Source: an uncultured Acidobacteriota bacterium (GTDB taxonomy: Bacteria; Acidobacteriota; Vicinamibacteria; Vicinamibacterales; SCN-69-37). From it: a DNA stretch of 64,000 bases. The stretch's first letter is position 1, and each line of letters opens with the position of its first letter. The notes under the pieces were generated by a model. That model was not told where the DNA came from. It saw only the letters and a list, made by a program, of their open reading frames with translations, and searched no databases. The stretch lies in assembly GCA_963816795.1 (NCBI GenBank), contig CAWFLT010000007.1:5877-69876 (forward strand), given 5' to 3'. A program made the translations under genes and the position numbers. Of the stretch, positions 52,054-63,047 are shown in pieces.

Positions 52054-55000
52054 CTAAAACCTGACTTTCACCCCGACCTGCATGACACGGGGCCCACCCA
52101 GCGTATCCGTAATCAGGCCAAAGTCGGTGCCAGGGTCGCCGATGACGTTGTTGGGCAACGCGTAGTTGACGGTGTTGAACAGATTGAAGATGTCCCAGCG
52201 CAGTTCCACGCGTGTCCTGCCGGTGGCAAACTCTTTCGACAGGCCCAGGTCCACCCGCCGCTGCCACAAGCCTCGGAGTTCGTTGCGGCCAAGGTTGCCG
52301 AACCCGCGGTTGTCCGGGTAGCCGCCAGCCGCAGAAAGCGGCGAGCAGAGCTGCGTGGCATCAAACGCGCCTTCCCACGGATTGTCGTCAGCCTGACGCA
52401 GCTGATCGAGCGATCCGCAAAGGCTCGGGCGGCCGAAGGCCAACCGGTAGAGTCCACCTGAACCCAGCCGCAGGCCGCTCGGGCCGGTATAGTTCGCGAC
52501 CGTCTGCGCCTCGGGCTCGGCTGAGAAGATCGAATACGGCAGCCCGGACTGCAATTGCACGAAGCCAGACACACGGATGCCGCGTGCGATTCCGCCCCAC
52601 GGGAGCTCGTACACGAAACTGCCACTGAACCGGTGCGGCCGATCGAAGTCGGAGAGGGCATAGTTGGCGTCGAGTATCCAGCTGGTTACCCTGGACCGCG
52701 AAGCCGGCGTTGGGAATGTCAGGCTTGCCGCCGCCCGCCGTGCTGCCGGGATCAGCCGAGCTGGTGTCCTTCGACTGCGAGTACGTATACGAGAGGTTGA
52801 ACTGTAACCCGCTCGACATCCGCTTCAGGAGGTTCATCTGGAGCGAGTGGTACCGCGACCGGCCGGTGTTACCGAGCAAGACGGCCTCAGGGTAGTTGAA
52901 CCCGAGGATCGGCGCCCGCGACTCGAACCCGATGACATTGCCGGGGGCCGCGTTGCTGAGGTTGTAGTCGGTCATCCCGCCCAGCGCCGAGTTCGCAAAG
53001 CCAAACGCCCGCCCGAATCCACGCTCGCGAGCCGTCGCCCCGGCATTCAGTGCACCGTTGGGCGAATTCCGCGTCGACGTACGCGCGATTGAATCGCTCG
53101 TAGATGTAGTCCGGCGTCGAGGGATCGTTGAGGTCGTACGGTTGGTTGAACGCGCGCGACTCGAGAAGATCGTGTCCCCGGCTGCCGACATAGCGCACCT
53201 CGAGCAGGAGATTTGGTTTGAGCTCCCGCTGCACGCCGATGCCGAACTGCTCAATCCACGGCGTCTCGAGATCCCTGGAGATCGCGCGGAACTCGAACGT
53301 CTCCGCCACGTTCCCAAGAATGGGCTGGCCGGTCAGCGGATCCGTCCGGTTGGGCGTCCCATCGGCGCCGCGCGTGACGCTCGTGCCGTCGCGGATTTCA
53401 TAGGTACCGGTCGCGCCGATCGCGCGAACCACTCGATTGGGCAGGTAATTGTTGAAGCCGAGCTGCGGATCCTGCTGTGACCAGGCAGAGTTCATCGGCA
53501 CCGCCCGGGACGGGAACGTGACTTCCTGCTCGCGCAGGAACGGGTAGTTGCTGAACACCGTGTTGATGAAGGCCGATGACGGGCGATCGTAGAACATCCC
53601 GTAGCCGCCGCGGATGACGGTCTTGCCTGTGCGATCCGCCGTCCACGCAAACCCGAGGCGGGGCGCGACGTTGTTCCAGTCCTGGCCCTTGAGCGTGTGG
53701 CCGTTTTCCACTTTCGCCGACGCGCCAATCGCCTGGTCGATCGCGGAGAAGCCGGTCAGATTGACGTTGTTCGGGCACGATGAACCCGGCGACGGGGTTG
53801 TTCGGATCGGTGATCTTGTCGAAGTCGATGTTGCCGATCCGTCCGTCGAGCTCTTCCGGCAAGCCGAAGAACTCGTAGCGCAGGCCGAAGTTGAAGGTCA
53901 GCCGGTTGGACAACCGCCAGTCGTCCGCGACAAAGCCGTTGAAGTCGTTGAAGCGGAACCGTTTGCTGGTGATCCCGAACTGCGTGTCACCTTCCCGGGC
54001 GAGTCCGCGGAGAATCATCGTGAAATTCTCGAACTTCTCGAACTCCGTCGCCTGCTCCTCCGGCAGGTTCGTGTCGAAGGCGTTCCGGCGGTACTCGCCG
54101 CCGAACCGCACGGCGTGCTTGCCCTTGGTCCAGGTCAGCGTGTCGCCGACAGTGATGGTCTGTTGCTTGTCTCTGGTTGAACGTGTCGTTCGGTCCGCCG
54201 AACGAAAACCGCTCCATCAACGTGCCGGGGGCGCCGATGTAGTGACCGAGCCGCAGCGTCGCGTCCGAACTGTCGAAGAACGTGGCGGGATTGGGGACGC
54301 CGACGCCGGCGTTCGTGAGCGACATGAACGGGATCGTCCAGCCGGCGCGAGTTATCGAGCTGGAACACGCCGATGCGCATCTCGTTGATGGCATTGCTGC
54401 CGAACATCATCGTGTCCGAGATCGCCAGCGTGCCGTTGCGATCCGCGCGGCGGAGCGTGAACGGCGACGCCAGGCTGGACGGATCCGGGAAGGGATCGAG
54501 CGCCGGGAACTTGGAATAGAAGCCGACGACCGAGAGCCGGTGCGAGCCTGTGAACTGGGTGTCCAGCCGGGCCGTGAACTGGTCTTGCGCAAACTCGGCG
54601 GGCTGCACGTTGCGCTGCCGCACCAGCGGATTGCCGCCCACCGACGGCCCCGCCGCGATGTCGACGCCGACGTTGGCGAGCCCGGCGCGTGGCGCCGGGA
54701 TGATGTAGTCACCGGTCACCGGGTTGCGCAGTGAGAACAACGCGAATCCGACGTCGGTGATGCAGGCCGTGTCCGCGGCGCTGGCGCACTGGGCCTTCGG
54801 AATCGAGTTGAGGATGCTCGGATTCAGCTGGGCAAAGGCCGCGAGCAGGTTTTCCTTGGTCCGATCGCCTTGAACCAGCCTCAGCGCCGCTGGGAGCGCC
54901 GTGATGCTGTTCGCGGTCGGCACGAAGCCCGTTTCAGCCTGGGTCCGCTGATACGCGCCGAAGAAGAACACTTTGTTCTGCCGGATCGCGCCGCCGGCCG

Positions 55001-55874
55001 TGAACCCCCCTTCATTGCGCCGAGCCTTCGGCTTCTCGATGCCGTCGAGGTCGTAGAAGAAGTCGTTGGTGTTCATCTTCTCGTGCTGAAAATCGAAATA
55101 GCCCGTCCCGCGGAACTCGTTGGATCCGCCGCGAGTCACCAACTGGAAGTTCCCGCCGCCGGATCGGCCGGTCGACGCGTCATAGAGACTGGTCTGCAGC
55201 TTGACCTCTTGGAGGGTTTCGGGAGCTGGAGCGATGTTGTCCGAGAGCGACCCCTCATTTGAGGTCAGATTCGTCGCATCGATGCCGTTGAAGAAGAGAC
55301 TGGTGCTCGTGGTGCGGGTGCCGTTCACTGACGGCGAAATGTTGCCCGTCCCATTGATGAGAGATGGGGGCAGATCGGCGCTCACTCCGGCTTCCGACGA
55401 CAACAAATGCGTGAAGCTGCGCGTGGTGGTGGGGATCATCGTCAGATCGTCCGCACTCAACCGCCGAAACGTCGTCGCCGTCGTCGCGGCGAGCAAGTCC
55501 GCGCCGACGCTCACCGTGATCGACTCCGAGACGGCGCCCAATTCCAGCGTGACATTGACGCTGCGGGGCACTCCTGACTCGACGACGACACCGGGCCGGA
55601 CGAGCCGTTTGAACGACGCCAATTCGAAGGTCAGCGTGTACTCGCCCGGCGGGAGGGTCGGTAGCGTCCACTCGCCCTGACTTGCCGTGACACTGGACCG
55701 CACCAGACCAGTCGCAGGTTGTGTTGCGGTGACGGTCGCGCCAGGCAGAACGCCGCCATCTGCGTCCCGCACGACACCTGTCAGCGTGCCCGTCGCCGTG
55801 CTTTGTGCCCAGGCTGGCCAGGCGGCCAACGTCATGAGCAACCCAAGTACTCCCGCCGCGCGTATCTTTGACAC
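52054..55874 (-). pseudogene. TonB-dependent receptor with a carboxypeptidase-regulatory-like N-terminal domain; about five frame breaks
   Basis: The N-terminus (GTG at 55874, GGAGG upstream) reads MSKIRAAGVLGLLMTLAAWPAWAQSTATGTLTGVVRDADGGVLPGATVTATQ... Colinear pieces lie in ORFs 54135..56021, 53987..54394, 53398..54111, 52887..53711, 52388..53317 and 52054..52614, ending ..VMQVGVKVRF. The frame switches near 54347, 54168, 53775, 53068 and 52670. Confidence 0.8.
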
Positions 55875-56071
55875 TCTCACACCTCCGCAAATACCAGGCA
55901 GTGTGGCGGCGCGCTGCAACCGTCGGGTGTCAGGTGTGTAACAAGTGGGTGTACTTGCCAATCGGCGGGCCTTTTGCGCGGACACCACCCGACGCCCCTG
56001 TTTTTCGGGCGTTTGACGCATACTGTGGGCGAGCCGGCACGGTGTGCCGGCAGGTCTTGAGGAGGATCTAG

Positions 56072-56443
56072 ATGCACCGAGTCAAATTGCTCGCCTTGGG
56101 CGTGGCCGCGGTCTTGTTCGCCGGGGCCGGCGTCGTTGCTGCGGCAATGCAGCAGGAAAAGACGGCTGAGTCCACCTGGACCGGGAAGATCTCCGACAGC
56201 ATGTGCGGCGCCGATCACAAGGCGAATGGCGGCACGCTCGAGAAAGATCACGCCTGTACGCTCGACTGCGTGAAGACCCACGGCAGCCAGTACATCTTCG
56301 TCAACACCGCCGACAAGAAGATCTACAAGATCGGCAACCAGAAGCTCGCCGGGCTGGAACAGCACGCCGGACACAACGTCGAGATCGCCGGCACGATCCA
56401 GGACGACACGATTACGGTCACGAAGGTGACGATGAAGAAGTAA
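56072..56443 (+). CDS. Secreted Cys-containing hypothetical protein (123 aa)
   Basis: It has GAGGAGG upstream and a signal peptide (MHRVKLLALGVAAVLFAGAGVVAAA), then ..KISDSMCGADHKANGGTLEKDHACTLDCVKTHGSQYIFV... Confidence 0.65.
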   Translation: MHRVKLLALGVAAVLFAGAGVVAAAMQQEKTAESTWTGKISDSMCGADHKANGGTLEKDHACTLDCVKTHGSQYIFVNTADKKIYKIGNQKLAGLEQHAGHNVEIAGTIQDDTITVTKVTMKK

Positions 56444-56453
56444 CGCGTCATTA

Positions 56454-56542
56454 GCAATGAGGCAATGGGGCAATGAGGCAATGGGGCAATGAAGCCCTTC
56501 TGTCATTGCCTCATTCACCCATTGCCTCATTGCCCCATTGCC
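56454..56542. repeat. Hairpin built from GGCAATG(A/G)GG oligomer repeats between convergent genes
   Basis: The left arm GCAATGAGGCAATGGGGCAATGAGGCAATGGGGCAATGA (56454-56492) and right arm TCATTGCCTCATTCACCCATTGCCTCATTGCCCCATTGCC (56503-56542) form the hairpin. The right arm supplies the last codons of the amidase ORF (..QWGNEAMGE). Confidence 0.85.
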
Positions 56543-58137
56543 TGATGCGCGGTCCACGCCGGTGCCTGGTCGCCTGTTCGTAGGCGTAGGCGAGTTTGAT
56601 CAACGTCGCCTCGTCCCAGGCGCGTCCGAAGATCGTCATCCCGGCCGGTAGTTGGCCGTTGCGCGTGTACCCCATCGGCACGCTGATGGCCGGGAACCCT
56701 GACGTCGGCGAGAACCGCTGGCTGTTGTCGCCGTGCGGCGACTGCAGGTCGCCGATCGTCCGTGGCGGGTTGCTCCAGGTCGGATAGACGAAGGCGTCGA
56801 GCTTGAGCGCGTCCATCGACGCGGTGACCGCGGCCCCGAACGCTTCGCGGTAGGCCGCGTCGGCTTTGCAGGCGTCGCTCTCGGGTCCCTGCGGCATCGA
56901 CTTGCCGTTCTGGCGCAATCGCTGCTGCACGCTCTCTGGCAACTGCGTCATCTGCGGCGACGCCAGGATCTCGTCGAGCGTGTGCACCGGCGCCTTCTGG
57001 CCGCGCGCGGCGAGGTACTCGTCGATGTCGTACTTGAATCCGCGGCAGGTGCCGCCTCCGCCGCCCTGGCGCGAGGGCAACTCGACCGTGATCGGGTCGA
57101 TGATTGCCGCGCCGGCCGCTTTCATGTCCTCGAGCGCTTTCGTGAAGACGCTGACAATTTCGGCGTCGGTGGTCGGCGTTTCGTACGCCTGCCGCAGCAC
57201 GCCGATGCGCGCGCCCTTCAGCCCGCCGCTGATCAGCGACTTGGCATACGCCGGAACCGCGCGGCCGCGGCTGCGCGCGGTCATCGGATCGTCGGGATCC
57301 TCGCCGACGATCACCTGGAACACCGCCACCGCGTCTTCGACCGTCCGCGCCATCGGCCCGGCGATGTCCGCCAGGTAGCTCAGCGGGATCACGCCGGCCC
57401 GGCTCGTCAATCCCATCGTCGAGCGAATGCCGACGAGGGCGGTGTGCGAGGACGGCCCGCGGATCGAGTTGCCGGTGTCGCTGCCAAGCCCGACGGCGGC
57501 AAAGTTGGCGGCGACTGCGGCCGCGGTCCCGCCGCTCGATCCGGCCGGGACGCGATCCGGCGCGTACGGGTTCCGGGTGTGGCCCTGCAGCGAGTTCAGC
57601 GTCTCGTACGGACTGAAGGCGAACTCGGCCATGTTCGACTTGGCGATCACGATCGCGCCGGCGGCTTTGATCTTCTTGACCTGAAACGCGTCGCGGTCGG
57701 AGACAAAGCCCTTCAGGATGACGCGAGCCCGCCGCGCTCTGCAGGCCGATGGTCTCGAAGTTGTCTTTGACGACCATCGGGACGCAGTGCAGCGCCGGCA
57801 GCGCGCCGCCCCGCGCCCGCGCGCGATCCATCGCGTCGGCCTCGATCAAGGCGTTCGGGTTCACCTGGGTGATCGCGTTCAGCGCCGGCCCCTGCTTGTC
57901 GTACGCCTCGATACGCTTCAGGTACTGCTCGACCAGACCGCGGCAGGTCAGCCGCTTGGCGCGCATCGCCGCGTGGATCTGGGCGATGGTGGCTTCTTCG
58001 ATCTGGAAGGGGGCCTGGGCTCCCAGCCCACCGGCCAGCGACATGAAGGAGATGAAGGTGCTGAAGAACATGAAGAAGATCAATCCGGGTTTTTGATGGC
58101 TTTTCTTCATGAGCTTCATCCCCTTCATTCCCTTCAT
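56511..58137 (-). pseudogene. Amidase-signature (GatA-like) amidase, secreted; one frame break
   Basis: The N-terminal piece lies in ORF 56527..58137 (..KKSHQKPGLIFFMFFSTFISFMSLAGGLGAQA..VPMVVKDNFETIGLQSAAGS). It continues in ORF 56511..57650 (ILKGFVSDRDAFQVKKIKAAGAIVIAKSNMAEFA..PAGSSGGTAAAVAANFAAVGLGSDTGNSIRGPSS). The frame switches near 57721. The start is ambiguous among four in-frame ATGs at 58137, 58128, 58119 and 58110. Confidence 0.8.
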
Positions 58138-58194
58138 GTCCCGAGGCCGATGCGCGACAGGATAGCCCGGCGGTCGCGAGGCGCCAAGCGGCGT

Positions 58195-58743
58195 CTACGA
58201 GCGGCGGCGCGCCGCCGTCAATCGGTTCCGAAAGGTCGCGAACTTCGCGGCCGCGCCCTCGCCTTGACTCCACCGCGAGATCAGACGCAAATCGACGCGT
58301 CGGCGGGCGGCGATGGCAACGGCGGCGTCGAGGGCCTGCACGTCGTTCCAGTGGTAGTAACCGGTCAGTCGGTCGCGGCAGGAGTCAGTCGCCGAAAGCG
58401 CGGGAATCGTGATGTGGCGCACCCGCAATGGCACTGGCGTAATCTGAAGGTCGGCGCCGAGCCCCAGGGGCCCGGCCGGAAACTCGACCCAGAAGCTGCA
58501 GGTGGGATGGACGTAGTGGTCCCGTCGGCGGGAGAAGCCAGCCGCCGCCATGGCCCCATCCAGATCGGTCTGGTCGACCGCCGACTGCAGAATGAAATCG
58601 ACATCGAAGGACGTGTACGCGCCACCGCTGTAGAGACTGGCGCAGGCGTCGCCAGTCAGGACCGCCCGAATCCCACGATCCTTGAGCGCGCGACCCACGA
58701 CGGCCACGACCTCCGGCAGTGAACTGGTCGGATCGAGACTCAC
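58195..58743 (-). CDS. Nucleotidyltransferase-fold protein (putative toxin/effector of a two-gene module)
   Basis: The GTG start at 58743 overlaps the upstream stop (GTGA). ..AVLTGDACASLYSGGAYTSFDVDFIL.. resembles the minimal NTase G-x-x...D-x-D pattern. The protein is 182 aa. Confidence 0.55.
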   Translation of the reverse strand: MSLDPTSSLPEVVAVVGRALKDRGIRAVLTGDACASLYSGGAYTSFDVDFILQSAVDQTDLDGAMAAAGFSRRRDHYVHPTCSFWVEFPAGPLGLGADLQITPVPLRVRHITIPALSATDSCRDRLTGYYHWNDVQALDAAVAIAARRRVDLRLISRWSQGEGAAAKFATFRNRLTAARRRS

Positions 58744-59078
58744 AGTGGCTTCCCGGTCATCCTCGGCCGGCGGCGCAGGCTGGCGGCGCGTCGGAACAGC
58801 TCCGGATCGGCGTCCGCGAGACGCGCGAGATAGGCGTCGAGCTCCTTGAGGGCGAAATATCTGGGGTTCAGCCGGAACGCGCGCGTGCGCCCGACCGCTT
58901 GCGCGGCGACCAGGGTGTCGCGTTCGAGGCCGCGGAGGGCCTTCTGGACGACCGACACCGAGCGGCTCAGGAGCCGGCTGAGCTCGCGCGGGTAGGACGA
59001 TCCCAGGATTCTGAGCAGCAGCAGGACGCGCGTCCGGACGTCGGTGCCGAACGGGGTCGATCGGCGTTTGACCTCCAC
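58740..59078 (-). CDS. Small winged-helix DNA-binding protein (MarR/ArsR-like), putative antitoxin/regulator
   Basis: The 112-aa ORF reads TDVRTRVLLLLRILGSSYPRELSRLLSRSVSVVQKALRGLERDTLVAAQAVGRTRAFRLNP. It is coupled to the NTase gene. Confidence 0.6.
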   Translation of the reverse strand: MEVKRRSTPFGTDVRTRVLLLLRILGSSYPRELSRLLSRSVSVVQKALRGLERDTLVAAQAVGRTRAFRLNPRYFALKELDAYLARLADADPELFRRAASLRRRPRMTGKPL

Positions 59079-59160
59079 TGGAGAACATATGACCTCTTTT
59101 CGAGGTCGTTGTCAACGCGACCGGGCGCAGGTCTGATATCGTGGTTCGGTTCGACCGAGC

Positions 59161-59235
59161 GTCCCCATCGTCCAGCGGTCAGGACGCGGCCCTTTCAAGG
59201 CCGAGACCCGGGTTCGATTCCCGGTGGGGACGCCA
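59161..59235 (+). tRNA. tRNA-Glu (anticodon UUC), CCA encoded
   Basis: It folds by hand as acceptor GTCCCCA/TGGGGAC, D stem GTCC/GGAC, anticodon stem CGGCC/GGCCG with loop CTTTCAA, and T arm CCGGG-TTCGATT-CCCGG, with discriminator G and CCA. It is close to E. coli tRNA-Glu as I remember it. Confidence 0.93.
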
Positions 59236-59646
59236 CACCCAAGGTAACAAGTCGCAGGAAAACAGGCCCGAAAGCGTCGCGGTCCCGCTGATCGTCTCGC
59301 GGCCGTCCTTCGTCAGCGTCAGGCCCCGCTCGTCGTTACCAAGGTCCACGATCTCGACGAGGCCCTGCTCGTGCAGGTGTTCACGGGTGTTGTGATCGAG
59401 GTCGAGGTCGTGTTCGGGCACGACCCGGAAGGCGCCAACGGCGGCCAGCGTGCGGCTGTCCTCGCCGTCCACCTCGTAGACGTGATCACGGACGACGACC
59501 AGCTCGCGCTCCTCACCGCGCGGCAAGTCAAGGTCCCTCATCAGGCCCTCGCGCGGGTCGTCCTCCCGATCCCGCTCGTCGTACACGCGCTCGCGCCCGT
59601 CCTCGCGCCCGTCACGGTCGCGCGCGTCATCTCGCGGATCGAACAT
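59179..59646 (-). CDS. Acidic hypothetical protein; its 3' end runs antisense into tRNA-Glu
   Basis: The start MFDPRDDARDRDGREDGRE.. at 59646 has GGGAGGA upstream. It reads ..VVRDHVYEVDGEDSRTLAAVGAFRVVPEHDLDLDHNTREHLHEQGLVEIVDLGNDERGLTLTKDG... The frame also stays open upstream to 59961. The last 19 codons overlap the tRNA on the opposite strand. Confidence 0.4.
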   Translation of the reverse strand: MFDPRDDARDRDGREDGRERVYDERDREDDPREGLMRDLDLPRGEERELVVVRDHVYEVDGEDSRTLAAVGAFRVVPEHDLDLDHNTREHLHEQGLVEIVDLGNDERGLTLTKDGRETISGTATLSGLFSCDLLPWVWRPHRESNPGLGLERAAS

Positions 59647-60006
59647 GGTCGTCCTCCCGACATGGCGTTGCGTAGGGTTGGTTCGAGCAGGCGCCCCGGC
59701 GGTTGCCGCGAGGGGCGATTCAGGAATGCGCTGAGCGTCCGGGGCGTTGCGCCGCGCGGCGTTCAGGGCGTGGTCGTGTGCGTCCCTGGCTCGGTACCGC
59801 TGCGGCGACCGAGCGATGGGGCTGGCCCGCGCGTGCTTCAGCACGGCGAAGGGCCGACAGTAGACCTGGAACTGCTTCGCGCAGTATACCTCCGCGGTGC
59901 GGAATTCGACCTCCCACCATCGATCAGGTCGGCCCTCGCGGGTTGCTGCAGTTCGGCACAAGGGGCGCTCATACGCTGACCGGGGTTCCTTCTCTGGCGA
60001 AAATAG

Positions 60007-62688
60007 CTAGTCCGCCCGCAGCGCCTCCATCGGTTGGATGAGTGCGGCGCGGCGAGCAGGCAGATATGCAGCGATCCCCGCAACGGTGACCAGGGTCGTC
60101 ACCGCTGCCGCGAGCGCGAGCGGATCCCACGCCCCAACGCCCGGCAGCAGACCGGAGACGCGCAGCGTTGCAAACCGCAAGAGCGCCACACCCCCAGCAC
60201 CGCCGAGCGCGACGCCAGCGAGTACCAGCGTTAGTGCTTCTCCTAGAATCATCCGCGCGATGTCCTGTCGTTCGGCACCGAGCGCGACTCGCAGGCCGAT
60301 CTCGCGCGTTCGTCGGACCACGATGAAGGCGACAAGACCGTATAGGCCGACGCCGGCAAGGAGCAACGCAAGCAGGCTGAAGATGGTCCCCAGATTCGCG
60401 AGCAGCCGCTGACGTATCAGAACGGCGTCGAGCTCATCGGCCAGCGTCTGAATCGCAAACTGTGGCGCCGTGGGGTGCGCTCGCTGCGTCTCGCGTCGGA
60501 TCGCGGGGACGATCGAGTGCGGATCGTCGGACGCTCGAACATGCAGCACCATCATCCCGCGATTGGTGTCGGTCTGGAGGAACGGCTGATACATCGTCGC
60601 GACGATGTCGCCAGCGACATCGGCATACGGAGAATCCCGCACCACGCCGACGATCTGACATGGCAAGGCGGAATCGGTTGCCATGACTCGACAGGGCTGC
60701 CCGACTGCCGACGTCTGGCCGAAGAACAGGTGTGCGAATGTCTCGTTGACGATCGCCACCGGCGGGGAGTTCTCCTGCAGATCGCGAGGAGCGAAGTCGC
60801 TGGCCCTCGACAAACGGAATCCCCATCGTCGCGAAGTAGGCAGGGTAAATCATCGGCTGATGAAGCTGGACCTCGGTGCCAGACGGCGTTGCCACGCGTC
60901 GGTAGATGCCTCCCGGGTTCGCCGGAGAATACTCGGCGAGGCTCGCCGAACGAACACCCGGAATGGCGTCGATGTGATCAAGTAGAGTCTTATAGTCGCG
61001 GTCGAGGCGAACGAGCGTCGCTGGCGGCCGCCTACGGCTGTAGCTGCCTGGCGGGTTCCACACGGGCAACGAGGATCTGGTGTTGCGCACTGTCCTCCTC
61101 CGCGACCATCGAGAGACGCCAGACCGCGGACAAATAGCGCCGCGCCGATCAGCATCACGAGTGACAGGGCAATCTGCGACACTGCCAGGAGCCGCTCTGG
61201 TATCAACCCCAGACGCGAGCCGCTGCGGGCCGTCGGCGCTCTCAGTGTGGGCATCAGGCGGAGGCGGGATGCGCGCAATGCCGGCGCAACTCCGAACAGA
61301 ATGCCGGTGAACACTGCACACGCGGCTGTGAACACAAGCACAGGCACGTCCGGGGTGACATTCAGCACGACCGGCGTCTGCCCCCGCGAGATGAAGATCA
61401 CCAGTAGTCGCGTTGCCCAATACGCCAGCCCGACGCCTACTACCCCTCCGAGCCCGGCGAGCACGAATGCTCTCGACGAGCACCTGCTGAGTGAGCCGCC
61501 ATCGACTCGCACCGAGCGCGAGCCGCGTGCCAAATTCGGGCTGTCTGGCCGCCGCGCGGGCCAGCAGCAGGTTCGACGTGTTGGCGCACGCGATCAACAT
61601 GAGGATCCCCACACCCACCATCAGGATCATCAGGGGCCGGGAGAATTCGTCGCGGATATTCGAGAAGCCGTCGCCGCCGGGCTCAGTTCCGGCCAGAGGT
61701 TGACGCCCTTGAGTTGGGCGCGCACGCTGTCTCCGAAGCGCGACAGATTCGCGCGTCCGCCCATTTCGCTCTCGAGCCAGCCATGGACGCGCCCTTCGAG
61801 CGCTGCCGTCGCCTGGGCCGCTGTGAAACCAGGACGCAGCCGCGCCAGCACCCGAAACTGACCGGTGATGAGGCTGGGCGGGTTCCCGAGGACCGGCATA
61901 ACGGTGGGCTGCATCAGAATCGGAACGAAGAGGCTCGGAGCGGTGCCGACTTCGATTCCAAAGAAACCGGGAGGGGTGACACCGACGACGGTGAAGGGCA
62001 TGCCGGAGATCGCGATGACTCGGCCGATTGCCGACGGCGCGCGACCGAATCTGCTCGCCCAGTACTCGTCGCTGAGCATCACGACCGGGTGCCCGTTTGG
62101 CGTGCGGTCGTCGGCGGGCTCGAGCGCCCGGCCGAGTGCGGGTCTGATACCGAGCAGGCCAAAGTAGTTGCCAGACACAAGCTGCCCGTCGATCGTCGGC
62201 TCCGGCGCCCCGTCAATGCTGATGTTCAGCCGCACCCGGCCCGCCGCTGCGACAGCGGCGAGTACCGCCTGATCGCTGGCCAGTGCGCTGAATGCGGCGT
62301 AAGGATACTGGTCGCCAACCTTCCACAGCCCCTCCGGATCCTCGACGGGCAGGGGACGGAACGCGACCGCATTTAACAGGCTGAAGACGGCGGTATTCGC
62401 TCCGATGCCCAGCGCCAGAGATAGCACAACGGCGGCGGTAAACACCGGCGTGCGGCGCAGGAGCCGCAGTCCGAAGCCGACGTCCTGAAGCAACTGCTCG
62501 AGCCAGACACGATGCCAGAGTGCGTGCACGTCCTCTCTCACGATGGCAACGTTGCCGAACTTGAGCCGCGCCAACCGGCGGGCCTCCTCCGGCGCGACCC
62601 CTCTGGAGATGTGGTCGTCGGTCTCGTGCTCGATGTGTGTCTGGAGCTCATCGTCAAGGCCGGCCAGTGGCCGTCGCTTGCGCCACAT
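60007..62688 (-). pseudogene. ADOP-type duplicated MacB/FtsX permease downstream of PadR; about five frame breaks
   Basis: The start MWRKRRPLAGLDDELQTHIEHETDDHISRGVAPEEARRLARLKFGN.. is at 62688. Colinear pieces lie in ORFs 61630..62853, 60434..61630, 60850..61533 and 60007..60813, ending ..REIGLRVALGAERQDI..IQPMEALRAD. The frame switches near 61680, 61465, 61115, 61048 and 60800. Confidence 0.8.
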
Positions 62689-62693
62689 CGTGC

Positions 62694-63047
62694 TTACTCC
62701 TGCGAGACCGGGTGCAGCAGCCGGGCAATCGCTCCCGCCAGCCGCTCCCACCGATTGGTCTCGATGACGAGCTGCTTCCGGCCTTTGGCCGTCAACCGAT
62801 AGAACTTTGCGCGGCGATTGTTCTCGGACGTGCCGTCCTCGAACGTGATCCACCCGCGCTTGATGAGGCGATGGAGGGCCGGGTAGAGCGAGCCCTGTTC
62901 GACCTGCAGAACCTCGTCGGACCCGCGTTGGATCGCCTTAGCAATCGAGTGGCCGTGAGCCGGTCCCAAGGCGAGCGCACGGAGAATGAGCATGTCGAGC
63001 GTGCCCTGGAGGAGCTCGATACGCGCGCGAGACGATTCGGTAGACAT
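62694..63047 (-). CDS. PadR-family transcriptional regulator
   Basis: [61 protein letters not shown]... It ends 5 nt upstream of the ADOP start. Confidence 0.9.
   Translation of the reverse strand: MSTESSRARIELLQGTLDMLILRALALGPAHGHSIAKAIQRGSDEVLQVEQGSLYPALHRLIKRGWITFEDGTSENNRRAKFYRLTAKGRKQLVIETNRWERLAGAIARLLHPVSQE

Noticed and set aside
58195-60006. A genomic island integrated at tRNA-Glu.
   Set aside because: No integrase, no direct repeat of the tRNA 3' end noticed by eye, and flanking genes are ordinary chromosomal families. Only the small wHTH/NTase pair looks accessory.
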